Shown here: piece after piece, positions 1 to 9,935 of the stretch | Layout: each line of letters begins with the position of its first letter | Position numbering within the stretch: the first letter of the stretch is position 1 | Origin: Theionarchaea archaeon | GTDB lineage: Archaea > Methanobacteriota_B > Thermococci > Methanofastidiosales > SZ-28-30 | Assembly (NCBI GenBank): GCA_018992685.1 | Contig: JACVGT010000018.1 | Span: 96,001 to 160,000 of the forward strand | Direction of reading: 5' to 3' | DNA length: 64,000 bases | Notes under the pieces: generated by a model | Seen by the model: only the letters and a program-made list of their open reading frames with translations | The model's database searches: none | What the model was told of the DNA's origin: nothing | Position numbers and translations under genes: made by a program

Positions 1-55
1 AATCCCATCAGAATGCAACGGTTAACCTTTTATACCCTGTGATGTACCGTATGGT

Positions 56-439
56 ATGCCTGTGGTCAGTATTTCAGTAAATGAGAAAATGCTGGAGGAG
101 ATAGACAGAATACAGGAGAAACTGGGATTCTCCGGAAGATCTGAAGTGATCAGGGCAGGAGTCCGCATGCTGATTGCTGACACGAGGGAGAAGGAAAAAT
201 TCACTGGTGAAATCAATTCAATACTGCTGCTTGTTCATCACCAGGACGTGGAAAGCGTGGTAACCCAGATAAAACATAACTTCGAGGATATCACGACTAC
301 TCAGGTTCACAGTCATTTAAAGGGTGGGAAATGTTTGGAAATCTTCATCCTGGATGGAGAGGCTGAGAGGATAGAAGAATTGGCTGGATTTTTCCTCACC
401 AGTGGGAAAATGGAATATGTTAAACTGATTGTCGCTTGA
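56..439 (+). CDS. nikR: Nickel-responsive transcriptional regulator (RHH + ACT-like domain)
   Basis: N-terminal RHH (VVSISVNEKMLEEID...GRSEVIR); Ni ligands H...HSH...C (KHNFEDITTTQVHSHLKGGKCLE); TATA-like TTTTATA about 25 nt upstream. Confidence 0.85.
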   Translation: MPVVSISVNEKMLEEIDRIQEKLGFSGRSEVIRAGVRMLIADTREKEKFTGEINSILLLVHHQDVESVVTQIKHNFEDITTTQVHSHLKGGKCLEIFILDGEAERIEELAGFFLTSGKMEYVKLIVA

Positions 440-509
440 GGGCTGGGGAACATGGCGATGTGTTGTAACCAGAGGTGATTTCTTGAACTGGAGGTCTGCC
501 TGGAACCTT

Positions 510-1124
510 ATGATACTGTGGTTCGGTGCTGCATGTCTCATACTTGCTACTGCAAAAGAATGGTCTGTGGTTCTGTTTGCAGTAACGTATGGACTGGGAT
601 TTGGTGGAATTTGCTACGTACTGCGAAAAAGGGTGAGAAAGCGTCTTATGGACTTACATCTCAAGAATTATGGTGGATTCTTGGTGACCACTGTCCTCAT
701 TACTGTGGGAGAAGAAACGTACTGCTATGCTCTTGGCAATAGAATTGCTCATCCTGTTCTGTGGGTTGATCTTCTCATGGTGACGATCTTTTGGTCAGTG
801 TGGTTTGGCACATGGTATTTCTTTCTTTCCAGGTGGTATCAGTTCCAGGAAAAGGAAGCGCTAATGACAGCAGGGTGCACAGGGATTTTGTATGAATTCG
901 TGGGTACTGGAGCAATCCTGGAGAATCCTGGAGGATTCCTGCTGATCACACCCCTTGCTGTGGTGGTCTACGCCGCCATTTTCGTCCTACCTCTGCAGTT
1001 TCTGGACTTTTCTGGAAAACGAACGGGCTCTTCAAAATACATGGTCGGAATTTTCCTCCCTTTCTTTCTGACAGTTCCTGCAGCACTTGGATTGTATGTG
1101 ATATTTTCCGTCCTTGGCATCTAG
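510..1124 (+). CDS. Hypothetical multi-pass membrane protein
   Basis: About 6-7 hydrophobic segments; start moved to ATG 510. Confidence 0.65.
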   Translation: MILWFGAACLILATAKEWSVVLFAVTYGLGFGGICYVLRKRVRKRLMDLHLKNYGGFLVTTVLITVGEETYCYALGNRIAHPVLWVDLLMVTIFWSVWFGTWYFFLSRWYQFQEKEALMTAGCTGILYEFVGTGAILENPGGFLLITPLAVVVYAAIFVLPLQFLDFSGKRTGSSKYMVGIFLPFFLTVPAALGLYVIFSVLGI

Positions 1125-1351
1125 AGTGCATTTTACGGAAACCTGCAATCTCCCTTCTTGTACATTTTTACAGATGAAATCGAAGCCAGTCGGTAGTGGT
1201 CCGATTCCAGATGGGAAGAGTGCTCCCTGAGAGATGTGATCGGGAAAAAATGTGCCAGTTATCGTCTATGAGACCTGTGAACCTCTCGAATTATCAGTAC
1301 GTATTCAGCAGGATATATAAACTATCAATCATATTGTAAGAGGTGATGACT

Positions 1352-1936
1352 ATGAGCAAAGGCACACCAAGAGTTGGAGAAGAATTCAGACCTGCTTCAC
1401 AGCTTCAAAAGCTGTATTTCATATATCTCATTCTGGTCATACTTCTGGCATTCGTGTGGTGGTGGATTCTTGTCTTGGTACTGGTTCCCTTTGTTGCAGT
1501 CCTGGTAAGCATTCCTTTCTGTGCTGCCTTTGGGTTTACTGCATACTGGATTCCCAAGTACTATTCCACAATTCGGTACACGATGACAGAGAATGAGGTT
1601 CGATGGCTGAGAGGAGTGTGGTTCAGGAAGACAGGAATTGTTCCCTACAACAGGATCACGAATGTAGACATATCACAGGGACCACTATCCAGGAGACTGG
1701 GCATTGCGTCTTTGAGGATACAAACGGCAGGGTATTCCGGTCAATCTGGAGGAATGGGTACTGCAGAACTGCATCTGGATGGCATTGAACAGTACGAAGA
1801 ACTGCAGGAAGTCCTAGTGGAATATGTGCGTGGCAGGAAGCCTGTGGCGGTGGAAACATATGAACCTGAGGGTATACAGGGAAAGATGTTGGAGGAATTG
1901 ACCAGGATTCGAACCTTACTGGAGAAGTCTTCCTAG
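1352..1936 (+). CDS. Membrane-anchored bacterial PH-domain (YdbS/bPH_2-like) protein
   Basis: Two N-terminal TM helices, then YTMTENEVRWLRGVWFRKTGIVPYNRITNVDISQGPLSRRLGIASLRIQTAG; SD GAGGTGA before ATG 1352. Confidence 0.85.
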   Translation: MSKGTPRVGEEFRPASQLQKLYFIYLILVILLAFVWWWILVLVLVPFVAVLVSIPFCAAFGFTAYWIPKYYSTIRYTMTENEVRWLRGVWFRKTGIVPYNRITNVDISQGPLSRRLGIASLRIQTAGYSGQSGGMGTAELHLDGIEQYEELQEVLVEYVRGRKPVAVETYEPEGIQGKMLEELTRIRTLLEKSS

Positions 1937-1981
1937 TGTAGTATTTTGGAGAACCTGATGACTGCAGGAGCTTCTGGGAAT

Positions 1982-2917
1982 TCAAAGTCCACAGATGAAT
2001 TCTTTTTCAAAGTCAAAAAGAATTCCTTTCTCTTCTTTATAATGAAGTTCCAACTTCCTTTGTGTGGTAATTTCACCCATGATGCTAACTGAGATGTCAC
2101 GATCTCTGAATATTTGAGTCACTTCATCTACATGAATGGGGTTCACAGTAAGAATGAATCCGTAACCAGGGTACATTTTCACAAAAGTGGTGATGTCTAT
2201 CGGGGAGGGTATGGACTCTACATCTACAAGAGCACCTACTTTACTGGTTTCCAGCAACATGCCAAGAGACCCCAGTATTCCTGGGTTGGAAACGTCCTTG
2301 CAGGCTGTGGCCAGCCCCTTCTCAGCAATGACGGGTAATGCCTCAAGTCGGTACAGGACTTCTTTGGTGGTCTTCATACTGGTTGAATCCCAGTTTAGAT
2401 AGGTCTTGTATTGCTTCCCTTCTAAATCAATAGCCAGAATAACCGTGTCCCCCGGACGTGCATCGAAGCTGGTGAGAACCTTTCTTGCCTTCCCGAGAAT
2501 GGAAACGGCCACAGAGGTAGGTGCATCTGGGTGCACATGACCCCCCACCATGGGAACCGCAAACTTCTGGCAGGCAGTCTCAATTCCTTCCAGGAGCTCT
2601 TCTGCCTCCTCTTCTTTGAGAGACAGAACATTGACCATGGCCACGGGTACACCTCCCATGGCGTAGATGTCATTGACGTTAACGAGGACTGAACAGTACC
2701 CTGCCCAGAAAGGATCTCCTCCCAGCCTCCACCAGATACCATCTGAAGCAAACAACAGGTAGTAATCTTCCCAGGGGAGGATAGCTGCATCGTCTCCCAG
2801 CATGGTCGGAATTCCTGCCAAGGATGCACTCTCCTTAAGCCGTGTCACATGCTGTACTGCTTTCTTCCGGGTCAATCCCTCATAGTCCTTTATATCCTCT
2901 ATCAACCTGTTCAACAT
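1982..2917 (-). CDS. AIR-synthase/PurM-fold protein, methanogenesis marker 2 / sll0787-like
   Basis: YEGLTRKK N-terminus; GDDAA, ASDGIW, VNVNDIYAMGG, MVGGHVHPD, CKDVSNPGILG motifs. Confidence 0.8.
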   Translation of the reverse strand: MLNRLIEDIKDYEGLTRKKAVQHVTRLKESASLAGIPTMLGDDAAILPWEDYYLLFASDGIWWRLGGDPFWAGYCSVLVNVNDIYAMGGVPVAMVNVLSLKEEEAEELLEGIETACQKFAVPMVGGHVHPDAPTSVAVSILGKARKVLTSFDARPGDTVILAIDLEGKQYKTYLNWDSTSMKTTKEVLYRLEALPVIAEKGLATACKDVSNPGILGSLGMLLETSKVGALVDVESIPSPIDITTFVKMYPGYGFILTVNPIHVDEVTQIFRDRDISVSIMGEITTQRKLELHYKEEKGILFDFEKEFICGL

Positions 2918-3641
2918 ATTCTTCCTCTAGCTCCTTTAAAATTTCTTTCCTCACGGAAACGAATTCAGGAGACGTGCGATCACGCTCCCTTTCCAGATCT
3001 ATGAGGAATTCTTCTTTTACCGTGGCCGGCCTCCTGGTGAGAACCATGACTCTGTCTGCCAGAAAGACTGCTTCATCCACATTATGCGTAATAAACAAGA
3101 TGGTCTTGTGTGTCTTATTCCAGATTCTCAGGAGCTCTTTCTGCAACATGTTCCTGGTCTGAGCATCCAGTGACACGAAAGGTTCATCCATGAGCAAAAT
3201 CTCCGGATCAGTAGCGAGGGCTCTGGCAATGGCCACCTTTTTCTGCATCCCCCCTGAAAGTTCGTGAGGGTATGCGTGCTCGAATCCCTGCAGTAGGAAG
3301 AGATCCAGGAGTGATGCCACAATGTCGTCCATTTCTTTCCTGGGTTTCTTCTGGATTCTCAATCCAAATTCCATATTCCCCTTGACTGTCAGAAACGGGA
3401 AGAGAGAAAACTCTTGGAAAACATATCCGATTTTTGGATTGATCCCCTGTGACAGCCTCCCGTCAATGCGTATTTTGCCTTCATACGTTCTCAACCCTGC
3501 TATGCACTTGAGCAAGGTAGTCTTTCCACACCCTGACGGCCCTACCAGGCACATAAATTGCCCTTTCTTCACGGACAGAGATACAGCCTCCAGGATGGGG
3601 AGCTCACCAATGGTCTTGGCAACTTGTTCCAGTGTGATCAT
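2880..3641 (-). CDS. NitT/TauT-family ABC transporter ATP-binding protein
   Basis: Walker A GPSGCGKTT, YPHELSGGMQ, LLMDEPF, ITHNVDEA; ATGA overlap with permease stop. Confidence 0.95.
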   Translation of the reverse strand: MITLEQVAKTIGELPILEAVSLSVKKGQFMCLVGPSGCGKTTLLKCIAGLRTYEGKIRIDGRLSQGINPKIGYVFQEFSLFPFLTVKGNMEFGLRIQKKPRKEMDDIVASLLDLFLLQGFEHAYPHELSGGMQKKVAIARALATDPEILLMDEPFVSLDAQTRNMLQKELLRIWNKTHKTILFITHNVDEAVFLADRVMVLTRRPATVKEEFLIDLERERDRTSPEFVSVRKEILKELEEEYVEQVDRGYKGL

Positions 3642-4372
3642 GGTCGCCACCTCACCAGTCGTTTCTCCAGCTGTCTGAGTGCTATATTCATTGCATACCC
3701 GATGACTCCTATTGCAATCATACCTGCCATCACGGTATCTGCCCTTCCAAGATCACGTGCTTCCATTATCAGATACCCTAACCCCAGAGGAGGGTTTAGC
3801 CCAGTGAGTTCTGCAGCCACCAGGCACATCCAGGCTATCCCCAATCCAATCCTCAACCCTTCCAGAATAGAAGGAAAGGAATTCGGAAGGATGATATTCC
3901 GGAGAATTTGACTATCACTGGCTCCCAAAACCCTGCCTGCTTCAACAAGATATGGTTCTGTCTCCCGCACACCAAGGAGAGCATTGCTGAGAATGGGGAA
4001 AAACGCCCCGATAAATATGATAAAGGCTTTTGACTGAAATCCAATGCCAAACCACAGCATGGCCAGAGGAATCCAGGCCAGGGGCGGGATGGGTCGCAGC
4101 ATCTCGATGATGACAGAGAGATTCTCCATTTTCGGGAACCATCCCATCAACACTCCCAGAGGCAGCCCAACGGCAAGTGCCAGGAGGAACCCGGCCAGAA
4201 CCCGGGCCAGACTTACAGCAGCGTGCCGAAACAGGGCGCCTGAACTCAGTAAGTTCCAGAACGTCGTTCCCACATGGAGAGGACTCGGCAGAAACCGGCT
4301 GTTTGCCAGTACTGCCACCACCTCCCAGACTACAACAAAAACAAAAACTATGAACACCTTGTGTGTTCTCAT
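3638..4372 (-). CDS. NitT/TauT-family ABC transporter permease
   Basis: LPSP, LRPIPPLAWIPL, EAGRVLGAS (EAA loop), LVAAEL. Confidence 0.95.
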   Translation of the reverse strand: MRTHKVFIVFVFVVVWEVVAVLANSRFLPSPLHVGTTFWNLLSSGALFRHAAVSLARVLAGFLLALAVGLPLGVLMGWFPKMENLSVIIEMLRPIPPLAWIPLAMLWFGIGFQSKAFIIFIGAFFPILSNALLGVRETEPYLVEAGRVLGASDSQILRNIILPNSFPSILEGLRIGLGIAWMCLVAAELTGLNPPLGLGYLIMEARDLGRADTVMAGMIAIGVIGYAMNIALRQLEKRLVRWRP

Positions 4373-4376
4373 GTTC

Positions 4377-5336
4377 TCAACTCACGACAAGTGCCGATCC
4401 CTCATTATTTGCTCCTGCCAGTATCACAATGGGAATTCCGAGGTTCAGCCGCTTGGTGGTGGCGGGTGCAATACCCAGGTAACCCATGTCAATGTCCTGC
4501 GAACCGAAGGCATCCATCTCCTGGGGACCTGCAGAAAAGACATAGAGTTCTACAGTGAGCCCGAATTCTTCAAAGTACCCTTGGTCTAGGGCGACAAACA
4601 GGGCAAGCTGGTGCAAATCAGCTCTCAGGTACCCCATCCGAACTATCCTATCCAGGTTCGAACATGAGTACGCTGCAGCTTCCTCAATCAGCTGTGAATT
4701 GACGAATTCACCCAGAAATGTATCCATGTCACCCACGTCATCAGAAGACACGTACTCCATTTCCAGTAGCTGTTCAAGGTAATCCTTTATTCCTGCATAG
4801 TTGGGTTCATATACATATTCAATGGTCTGCACAGCCTGGCTGACTACCTCTTCAGACATCCCTGTGAAATCCACCCCGATCCTTATTGCTTCCTGAGGAT
4901 TCTCCAGTATGAAGGCAGTGGCTCTCATGTGAGAGGCCAGGACAGCGAGAACAACATCTTTATTCTCTGCGAGGTACTCCTTCTGAACAGCCAGCACACA
5001 GCAGGGATGATGGGGCCAGATCTCCCGGGAGGTTACCAGTAGCATGTGTTCACCTTCCACAACGGCACGAGCGGGATATGGCTCCCAGGCAATGAACCCA
5101 TCAATGCCACCACTCTCTAACGTTTGGATCATTTCAGGGGGTCCCACAATTATTGTGGTAGCCGTTATGTTATTGTCTCTAAGAAATCTCTGCAATAGAA
5201 AATCCTGCACGGTAGCTTTTCCGGGGATCGCTATTGTCTTGCCGTTCAAATCATCGATGGACTGAATCCCTCCTTCCTGCTGAGAGAGACAGCCCACCAC
5301 TAGAATCACGAGAAGAAGACTGCAAATCTTCTTCAA
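4377..5336 (-). CDS. SsuA/NrtA-like ABC substrate-binding lipoprotein, apparently circularly permuted
   Basis: TTG start after GGAG; lipobox-like VVGC; DLNGKTIAIPG, IAWEPYP, HPCCVL; the family's usual N-terminal segment (RMGYL...GYFEEFGLTVEL...AGP) lies at the C-terminus. Confidence 0.85.
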   Translation of the reverse strand: MKKICSLLLVILVVGCLSQQEGGIQSIDDLNGKTIAIPGKATVQDFLLQRFLRDNNITATTIIVGPPEMIQTLESGGIDGFIAWEPYPARAVVEGEHMLLVTSREIWPHHPCCVLAVQKEYLAENKDVVLAVLASHMRATAFILENPQEAIRIGVDFTGMSEEVVSQAVQTIEYVYEPNYAGIKDYLEQLLEMEYVSSDDVGDMDTFLGEFVNSQLIEEAAAYSCSNLDRIVRMGYLRADLHQLALFVALDQGYFEEFGLTVELYVFSAGPQEMDAFGSQDIDMGYLGIAPATTKRLNLGIPIVILAGANNEGSALVVS

Positions 5337-5340
5337 TCAA

Positions 5341-6054
5341 TCACTCCCGTAGTTGGTCAATGTACTTCTTGACTTCGTCGTCTGACATCTTCTTGAACTT
5401 TCTGTCCTTGATCAACGCCATCTCAATGTTTCCTTTGACCAGTGCCTCCACAGAAGGCTTCAGGGCTTTGAGAGCCAGGACAATGCTCTCATCCATGGTG
5501 ATATCGTCCCTGAATTCTGCCTCGAAGACATCCTGAGCACTGGTTCTGCCAGAACCGATGGCCGAGGCTTTCCAGCCCAGGTACCCTCCGCTGGGGTCTG
5601 TGACAAAGAGTTCAGGTTCGTCATTGACACCTGCAATGATGAGGGAAGCGCCGAAGGGTCTGAGTCCTCCATACTGAGTATGCATCTGCATGAGGTCTCC
5701 AATCTTCTTGCACAGAAGGGCAACAGAGATATCTTCATCGTAAGTTAGCCGGTGAATCTGCGCTTCCAGTCGTGCTCTTTCCACCAACTGGCGAGCGTCA
5801 GCAATCATCCCTGAGGCTGCTGTCCCGATGTGAGTATCCACCTGGAAGATCTTCTCAAAGGATTCAGGCTGCACCAGCTTTGAAGGGATTCGCTTGTCCA
5901 CAGCCAGTACAATGCCTTCCTCGCACTTTACACCCAGAGCTGTTGCACCTCGCTTCACCGCCTCTGAAGCATAGTTTACCTGATACAGCGATCCGTCTGG
6001 ACTGAAAACAGTGATAGCCATGTCATATCCAATACCGCGTGGTCTAAACGCCAT
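5341..6054 (-). CDS. psmA: Archaeal proteasome subunit alpha
   Basis: [18 protein letters not shown] signature, [22 protein letters not shown]. Confidence 0.97.
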   Translation of the reverse strand: MAFRPRGIGYDMAITVFSPDGSLYQVNYASEAVKRGATALGVKCEEGIVLAVDKRIPSKLVQPESFEKIFQVDTHIGTAASGMIADARQLVERARLEAQIHRLTYDEDISVALLCKKIGDLMQMHTQYGGLRPFGASLIIAGVNDEPELFVTDPSGGYLGWKASAIGSGRTSAQDVFEAEFRDDITMDESIVLALKALKPSVEALVKGNIEMALIKDRKFKKMSDDEVKKYIDQLRE

Positions 6055-6660
6055 TTACAACACCTCTTCTATTTCCTTCTTGGTGAGTTCTCGATACCCG
6101 TCTTTTGTGATGACTGCCATGGAAATACCATCCCCCGTTGCAAGGTCCCTCTGAGTCGCTGCGTTGATGCAGCGGGCGGCCAGTTTCTGCAGCTCTTTCA
6201 CTGTCATTCCTTCCTTGTACTGGTCTTCAAGAAGACCATATGCCACCTGCATCCCTGATCCTGAAGCAATGAAGTTGTCCTCGTTCATTCCACCAAGTGG
6301 ATCAAGTGAGAAAGCGACTGGTCGCTCATCATACCCTCCTATGATGAAGAGGGCAAAATAGGGATAGTATCTATGACTGAAGAGGATACGAGATGCAAGC
6401 GTGGCCAGCGATTTGACAGTCAAGTCCTGGTTAGTCTTAATGCTGTAGAGGTTTGATTCAACTCTGAGCAAGTTGACAAAGTTCTGTATGTCGCCCACTG
6501 AACCCGCTCCTGTAGCACCTGCTAACCCTGATACCTGGAAAATCTTGCGCGCGTTCTTATGGGCAACTGCATAGCCCATGGATGCTCTCTTGTCTGCTGC
6601 CAGCACAACTCCGTCTTTACCAACTAAGGCCACTGTAGTCGTTCCTTTTGTAACATCCAT
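6055..6660 (-). CDS. psmB: Archaeal proteasome subunit beta
   Basis: Short propeptide MDVTKG/TTTVAL with catalytic Thr; AADKRAS, ASGSG, QRDLATGD; SD AGGTGA before ATG 6660. Confidence 0.97.
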   Translation of the reverse strand: MDVTKGTTTVALVGKDGVVLAADKRASMGYAVAHKNARKIFQVSGLAGATGAGSVGDIQNFVNLLRVESNLYSIKTNQDLTVKSLATLASRILFSHRYYPYFALFIIGGYDERPVAFSLDPLGGMNEDNFIASGSGMQVAYGLLEDQYKEGMTVKELQKLAARCINAATQRDLATGDGISMAVITKDGYRELTKKEIEEVL

Positions 6661-6703
6661 ATTATCACCTTGAGCCAAGCATTCCTGTTCGCATGCTTAA
6701 CCT

Positions 6704-6733
6704 TACCTTAAGTTAAGTTAAGGTACTTATAAA
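6704..6733 (-). promoter_or_regulatory. Promoter of psmB operon: TATA box plus adjacent 22-bp palindrome (putative operator)
   Basis: Minus-strand TTTATAA at 6727-6733; TACCTTAAGTTAAGTTAAGGTA (6704-6725) is self-complementary except for one pair. Confidence 0.55.
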
Positions 6734-6851
6734 GGTATCGGTCACCGGTCCCCGGGGAACTCGCTCACCCTTTATCGAGAAGGATCTCCCTCTGAATTGC
6801 CTCAATCCAGACAAGGAGCCCTGTGAAATCCCCCGTCTCTCAACGTGAGAG

Positions 6852-7358
6852 CTACCCATTGTTCTCGATATAGAAGTCCTTGACAAACTGAGGCGGGAAG
6901 CCTCCGTTCTGAACCTCTAACACCAAAGTGTCCACCGTTTCAAGCGCTTTTTTCTCCACTGTCTCGGTCAGAAGTCCATCCTTGGCGATATTTCTAAATA
7001 TGCTGGTGCCAAATACTTTACACTGATCTACAGGCGAAATCCATACCTTGATGAAGAGGTCCATGGTGTTGAGAAACGTGAGGTTCTCTTCCACAGGGGT
7101 CACGACATTGATGAGAAATCCTGTAGGACGAGCCTGAAAGTCGAAAATCTTCTCTGTGATGTACCAGTTGCCGTACTCTATGAAAGCTACTGCTGTATAC
7201 CCATTCTCCAGGACATGAACCCCATCAACAACCAATGGGTTCTGCAGGTTGCTCACAGGGTAGCGAGCAATAACCATCTTGTTTGACTGATAGATAATCT
7301 CCATCTCTCTTCTAGAGAGGTTTCCCCACAGGTTCGTCTGGGTAATCTGTATTCGCAT
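6852..7358 (-). CDS. DUF402 (FomD/FAU-1 C-terminal-like) protein
   Basis: GNWYITEKIFD..GFLINVVTP..MDLFIKVWISP pattern; TAATG coupling to uvrB. Confidence 0.65.
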   Translation of the reverse strand: MRIQITQTNLWGNLSRREMEIIYQSNKMVIARYPVSNLQNPLVVDGVHVLENGYTAVAFIEYGNWYITEKIFDFQARPTGFLINVVTPVEENLTFLNTMDLFIKVWISPVDQCKVFGTSIFRNIAKDGLLTETVEKKALETVDTLVLEVQNGGFPPQFVKDFYIENNG

Positions 7359-9295
7359 TATGATCCTCCTTTCAATTCCCGTATTTTGTCTCTGAGCACA
7401 GCGGCACGTTCGAATTCCAGTCTTCGTGCAGCCTCCAACATTTCTCTCTCCAGATCATCCAGAACCAGGGGCAGTTCCTCATGAGGTTTCTTCTCCCTGT
7501 CTTTTTCTTTCTCTTCCCTCATGCGCTGAAACACTTTTTTCCTTATGGACTCAGGTCTGATGTCGTGGCTTTCGTTGTATGCCTGCTGGATACCTCTCCT
7601 CCTCTCTGTCTCTTTAATAGCTTTTCGCATGGAATCGGTAACCTGGTCTGCATACATGATGACCTGACCTGAGACATGACGTGCGCATCTTCCAATTGTC
7701 TGGATGAGAGAGGTTTCGGATCGCAGGAATCCTTCTTTATCTGCATCCAGGATAGCCACGAGAGATACCTCTGGGAGGTCAAGTCCTTCCCTCAACAAGT
7801 TGATACCCACCAGACAGTCAAATTCACCCAGACGCAGGTCCCTTATGATGTCCATTCGATCCAGAGTGTCAATTTCGGAGTGCAGGTATCTCACCCTGAG
7901 TCCCATCTCAATGAGGTACTCAGTAAGATCCTCAGCCATTCTCTTGGTCAAAGTGGTTACCAGAATCCGTTCCTGTGGAGCTCTCCTCTCAATCTCCGCT
8001 ATGAGGTCGTCAATCTGATTGGCAGTGGGACGGACTATAACTTCAGGATCTACAAGCCCTGTGGGCCTGATTATCTGTTCCACAACCTGCTGGGATCTTG
8101 TGAGTTCGTAGACGGCAGGTGTTGCGGATACGTAGACCACTTCGTTGATCTTCTTTTTGAACTCTTCAAACATCAAAGGCCTGTTGTCGAATGCGGAAGG
8201 CAGCCTGAATCCATATGCCACCAGGGCGTCCTTTCTGGCCTTGTCTTGAAAGTACATCCCCTTTATCTGGGGCACGGTAACGTGAGATTCATCAATGACT
8301 AAGAGATAATCCTCAGGAAAATAGTCCATGAGGGTGTAGGGCGGATCTCCTGGCACTCTGCCGTCAAAGTGTCTGGAATAGTTTTCAATACCAGGACAAT
8401 ACCCGATTTCCCTTAACATCTCCAGATCAAACCGGGTTCTCTGCTCCAGCCTCTGAGCCTCCAGCAGTTTCCCCTCCTTCTTGAGGTATTGCAACCGTTC
8501 CTCCAGTTCTTGTTCAATGGAATGGAGACCTCTTCTGGTTTTCTCTTCAGGGGTAACGTAATGCTTGGCTGGATGAATGTGAGATCCTGAGGTCTCTTCC
8601 AGTATCTTGCCTGTCACCGGATTGAAATAGTAAATTCGGGACATCTCACCCCCGGAAAATCCAACGCGGATGGGTATGTCGCTGTAGGAAGGGAAAACAT
8701 CCACCATGTCCCCCCGTACCCTGAACGTGCCCCTGCCAAAGGCCATGTCATTTCGTTCATACTGAATCTCCACAAGGCGGCGCATGAACACATCCCTATC
8801 ATAGGGGATACCTGGTCTCAGGGCAATGCCCATTTCCTTGTAATCCTTGGGAATACCCAACCCGTAAATACAGGATACGGAGGCTACCACAATCACATCG
8901 CTACGATCCTGGAGGGAAGCGGTGGCAGACAGACGCATCTTGTCAATCTCTTCATTCACCGAGGTTTCTTTTCCAATGTAGGTATCCGTCTTGGGAATAT
9001 ACGCTTCTGGTTGATAATAATCATAATAGGACACAAAATATTCCACCGCGTTTTCGGGGAAAAATTGTTTGAACTCAGTGTATAATTGTGCTGCCAGGGT
9101 CTTATTGTGGGAAATCACCAGTGTAGGCTTATCAATCCTTTCTATGACGCAGGCCATGCTAAATGTCTTTCCTGATCCTGTGACGCCCAAAAGGGTCTGT
9201 TCTGAGAGTCCTGACTGGATGCCCTCTGTCAACTGGGCAATTGCCTTGGGCTGATCCCCTGATGGGGCAAAATCAGATTGAAGAACAAAGGGCAT
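7358..9295 (-). CDS. uvrB: Excinuclease ABC subunit B
   Basis: [45 protein letters not shown]-terminal UVR domain. Confidence 0.98.
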   Translation of the reverse strand: MPFVLQSDFAPSGDQPKAIAQLTEGIQSGLSEQTLLGVTGSGKTFSMACVIERIDKPTLVISHNKTLAAQLYTEFKQFFPENAVEYFVSYYDYYQPEAYIPKTDTYIGKETSVNEEIDKMRLSATASLQDRSDVIVVASVSCIYGLGIPKDYKEMGIALRPGIPYDRDVFMRRLVEIQYERNDMAFGRGTFRVRGDMVDVFPSYSDIPIRVGFSGGEMSRIYYFNPVTGKILEETSGSHIHPAKHYVTPEEKTRRGLHSIEQELEERLQYLKKEGKLLEAQRLEQRTRFDLEMLREIGYCPGIENYSRHFDGRVPGDPPYTLMDYFPEDYLLVIDESHVTVPQIKGMYFQDKARKDALVAYGFRLPSAFDNRPLMFEEFKKKINEVVYVSATPAVYELTRSQQVVEQIIRPTGLVDPEVIVRPTANQIDDLIAEIERRAPQERILVTTLTKRMAEDLTEYLIEMGLRVRYLHSEIDTLDRMDIIRDLRLGEFDCLVGINLLREGLDLPEVSLVAILDADKEGFLRSETSLIQTIGRCARHVSGQVIMYADQVTDSMRKAIKETERRRGIQQAYNESHDIRPESIRKKVFQRMREEKEKDREKKPHEELPLVLDDLEREMLEAARRLEFERAAVLRDKIRELKGGS

Positions 9296-9507
9296 ACCTC
9301 GTTATTGCTCTCGCACTTTAAAAAGGTTCTCAGCAAAGAAAACTACTGACTGAAGTGAGTTGTACATATGATGTGGCATGTCCATATTGAGATGGACCAG
9401 ATCGAACCCTTTATTGGTGACACATAATCTTCTGCGAAGAGTCCTCCACAAGAGTCATCCTCTCCCTAAAGAAATAGATATTGGATAGTACTATCTCTGA
9501 GCACTGT

Positions 9508-9729
9508 CTAACATGAGCTGTGTTCGATCGCGTCCTGGGGGCATCCTTCCACACATGCGCAACACTCGATGCATTCATCTACATTGGGAGCCGTCGACTT
9601 CTCGCCAACAATCTCGTACACTTCAGTGGGGCAGACTTCAGCGCACTCACCGCAACCCGTACACAGATCATAGTCAATTCGGATAGAGCATCCAACATCT
9701 TCACTTTCCCAGGTCTTAATATCAGCCAT
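9508..9729 (-). CDS. 2x[4Fe-4S] ferredoxin
   Basis: CTGCGECAEVCP and CIECCACVEGCP; SD GAGGTGA before ATG 9729. Confidence 0.93.
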   Translation of the reverse strand: MADIKTWESEDVGCSIRIDYDLCTGCGECAEVCPTEVYEIVGEKSTAPNVDECIECCACVEGCPQDAIEHSSC

Positions 9730-9935
9730 TTTAGTCACCTCTCTTTGTTCACCAACCTACTCATTTATAAATTTTTTGCCTCCTTTCTCAGGCTTCTAGA
9801 GCTTCTGTTCCTCTATTTATTTGTCATTGATACTCTTCTGGCATGATCCACCAGGACACACTAGTAGATGAAGGAGATCAATCAGTGCGAGAACAAACCC
9901 AAAAAATCTTTAAATGCATCCACAGCTTGTGTGAT

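Noticed and set aside
6740-6851. GC-rich intergenic stretch as a possible tRNA or ncRNA
   Set aside because: No cloverleaf, T-loop or box C/D pattern could be built.
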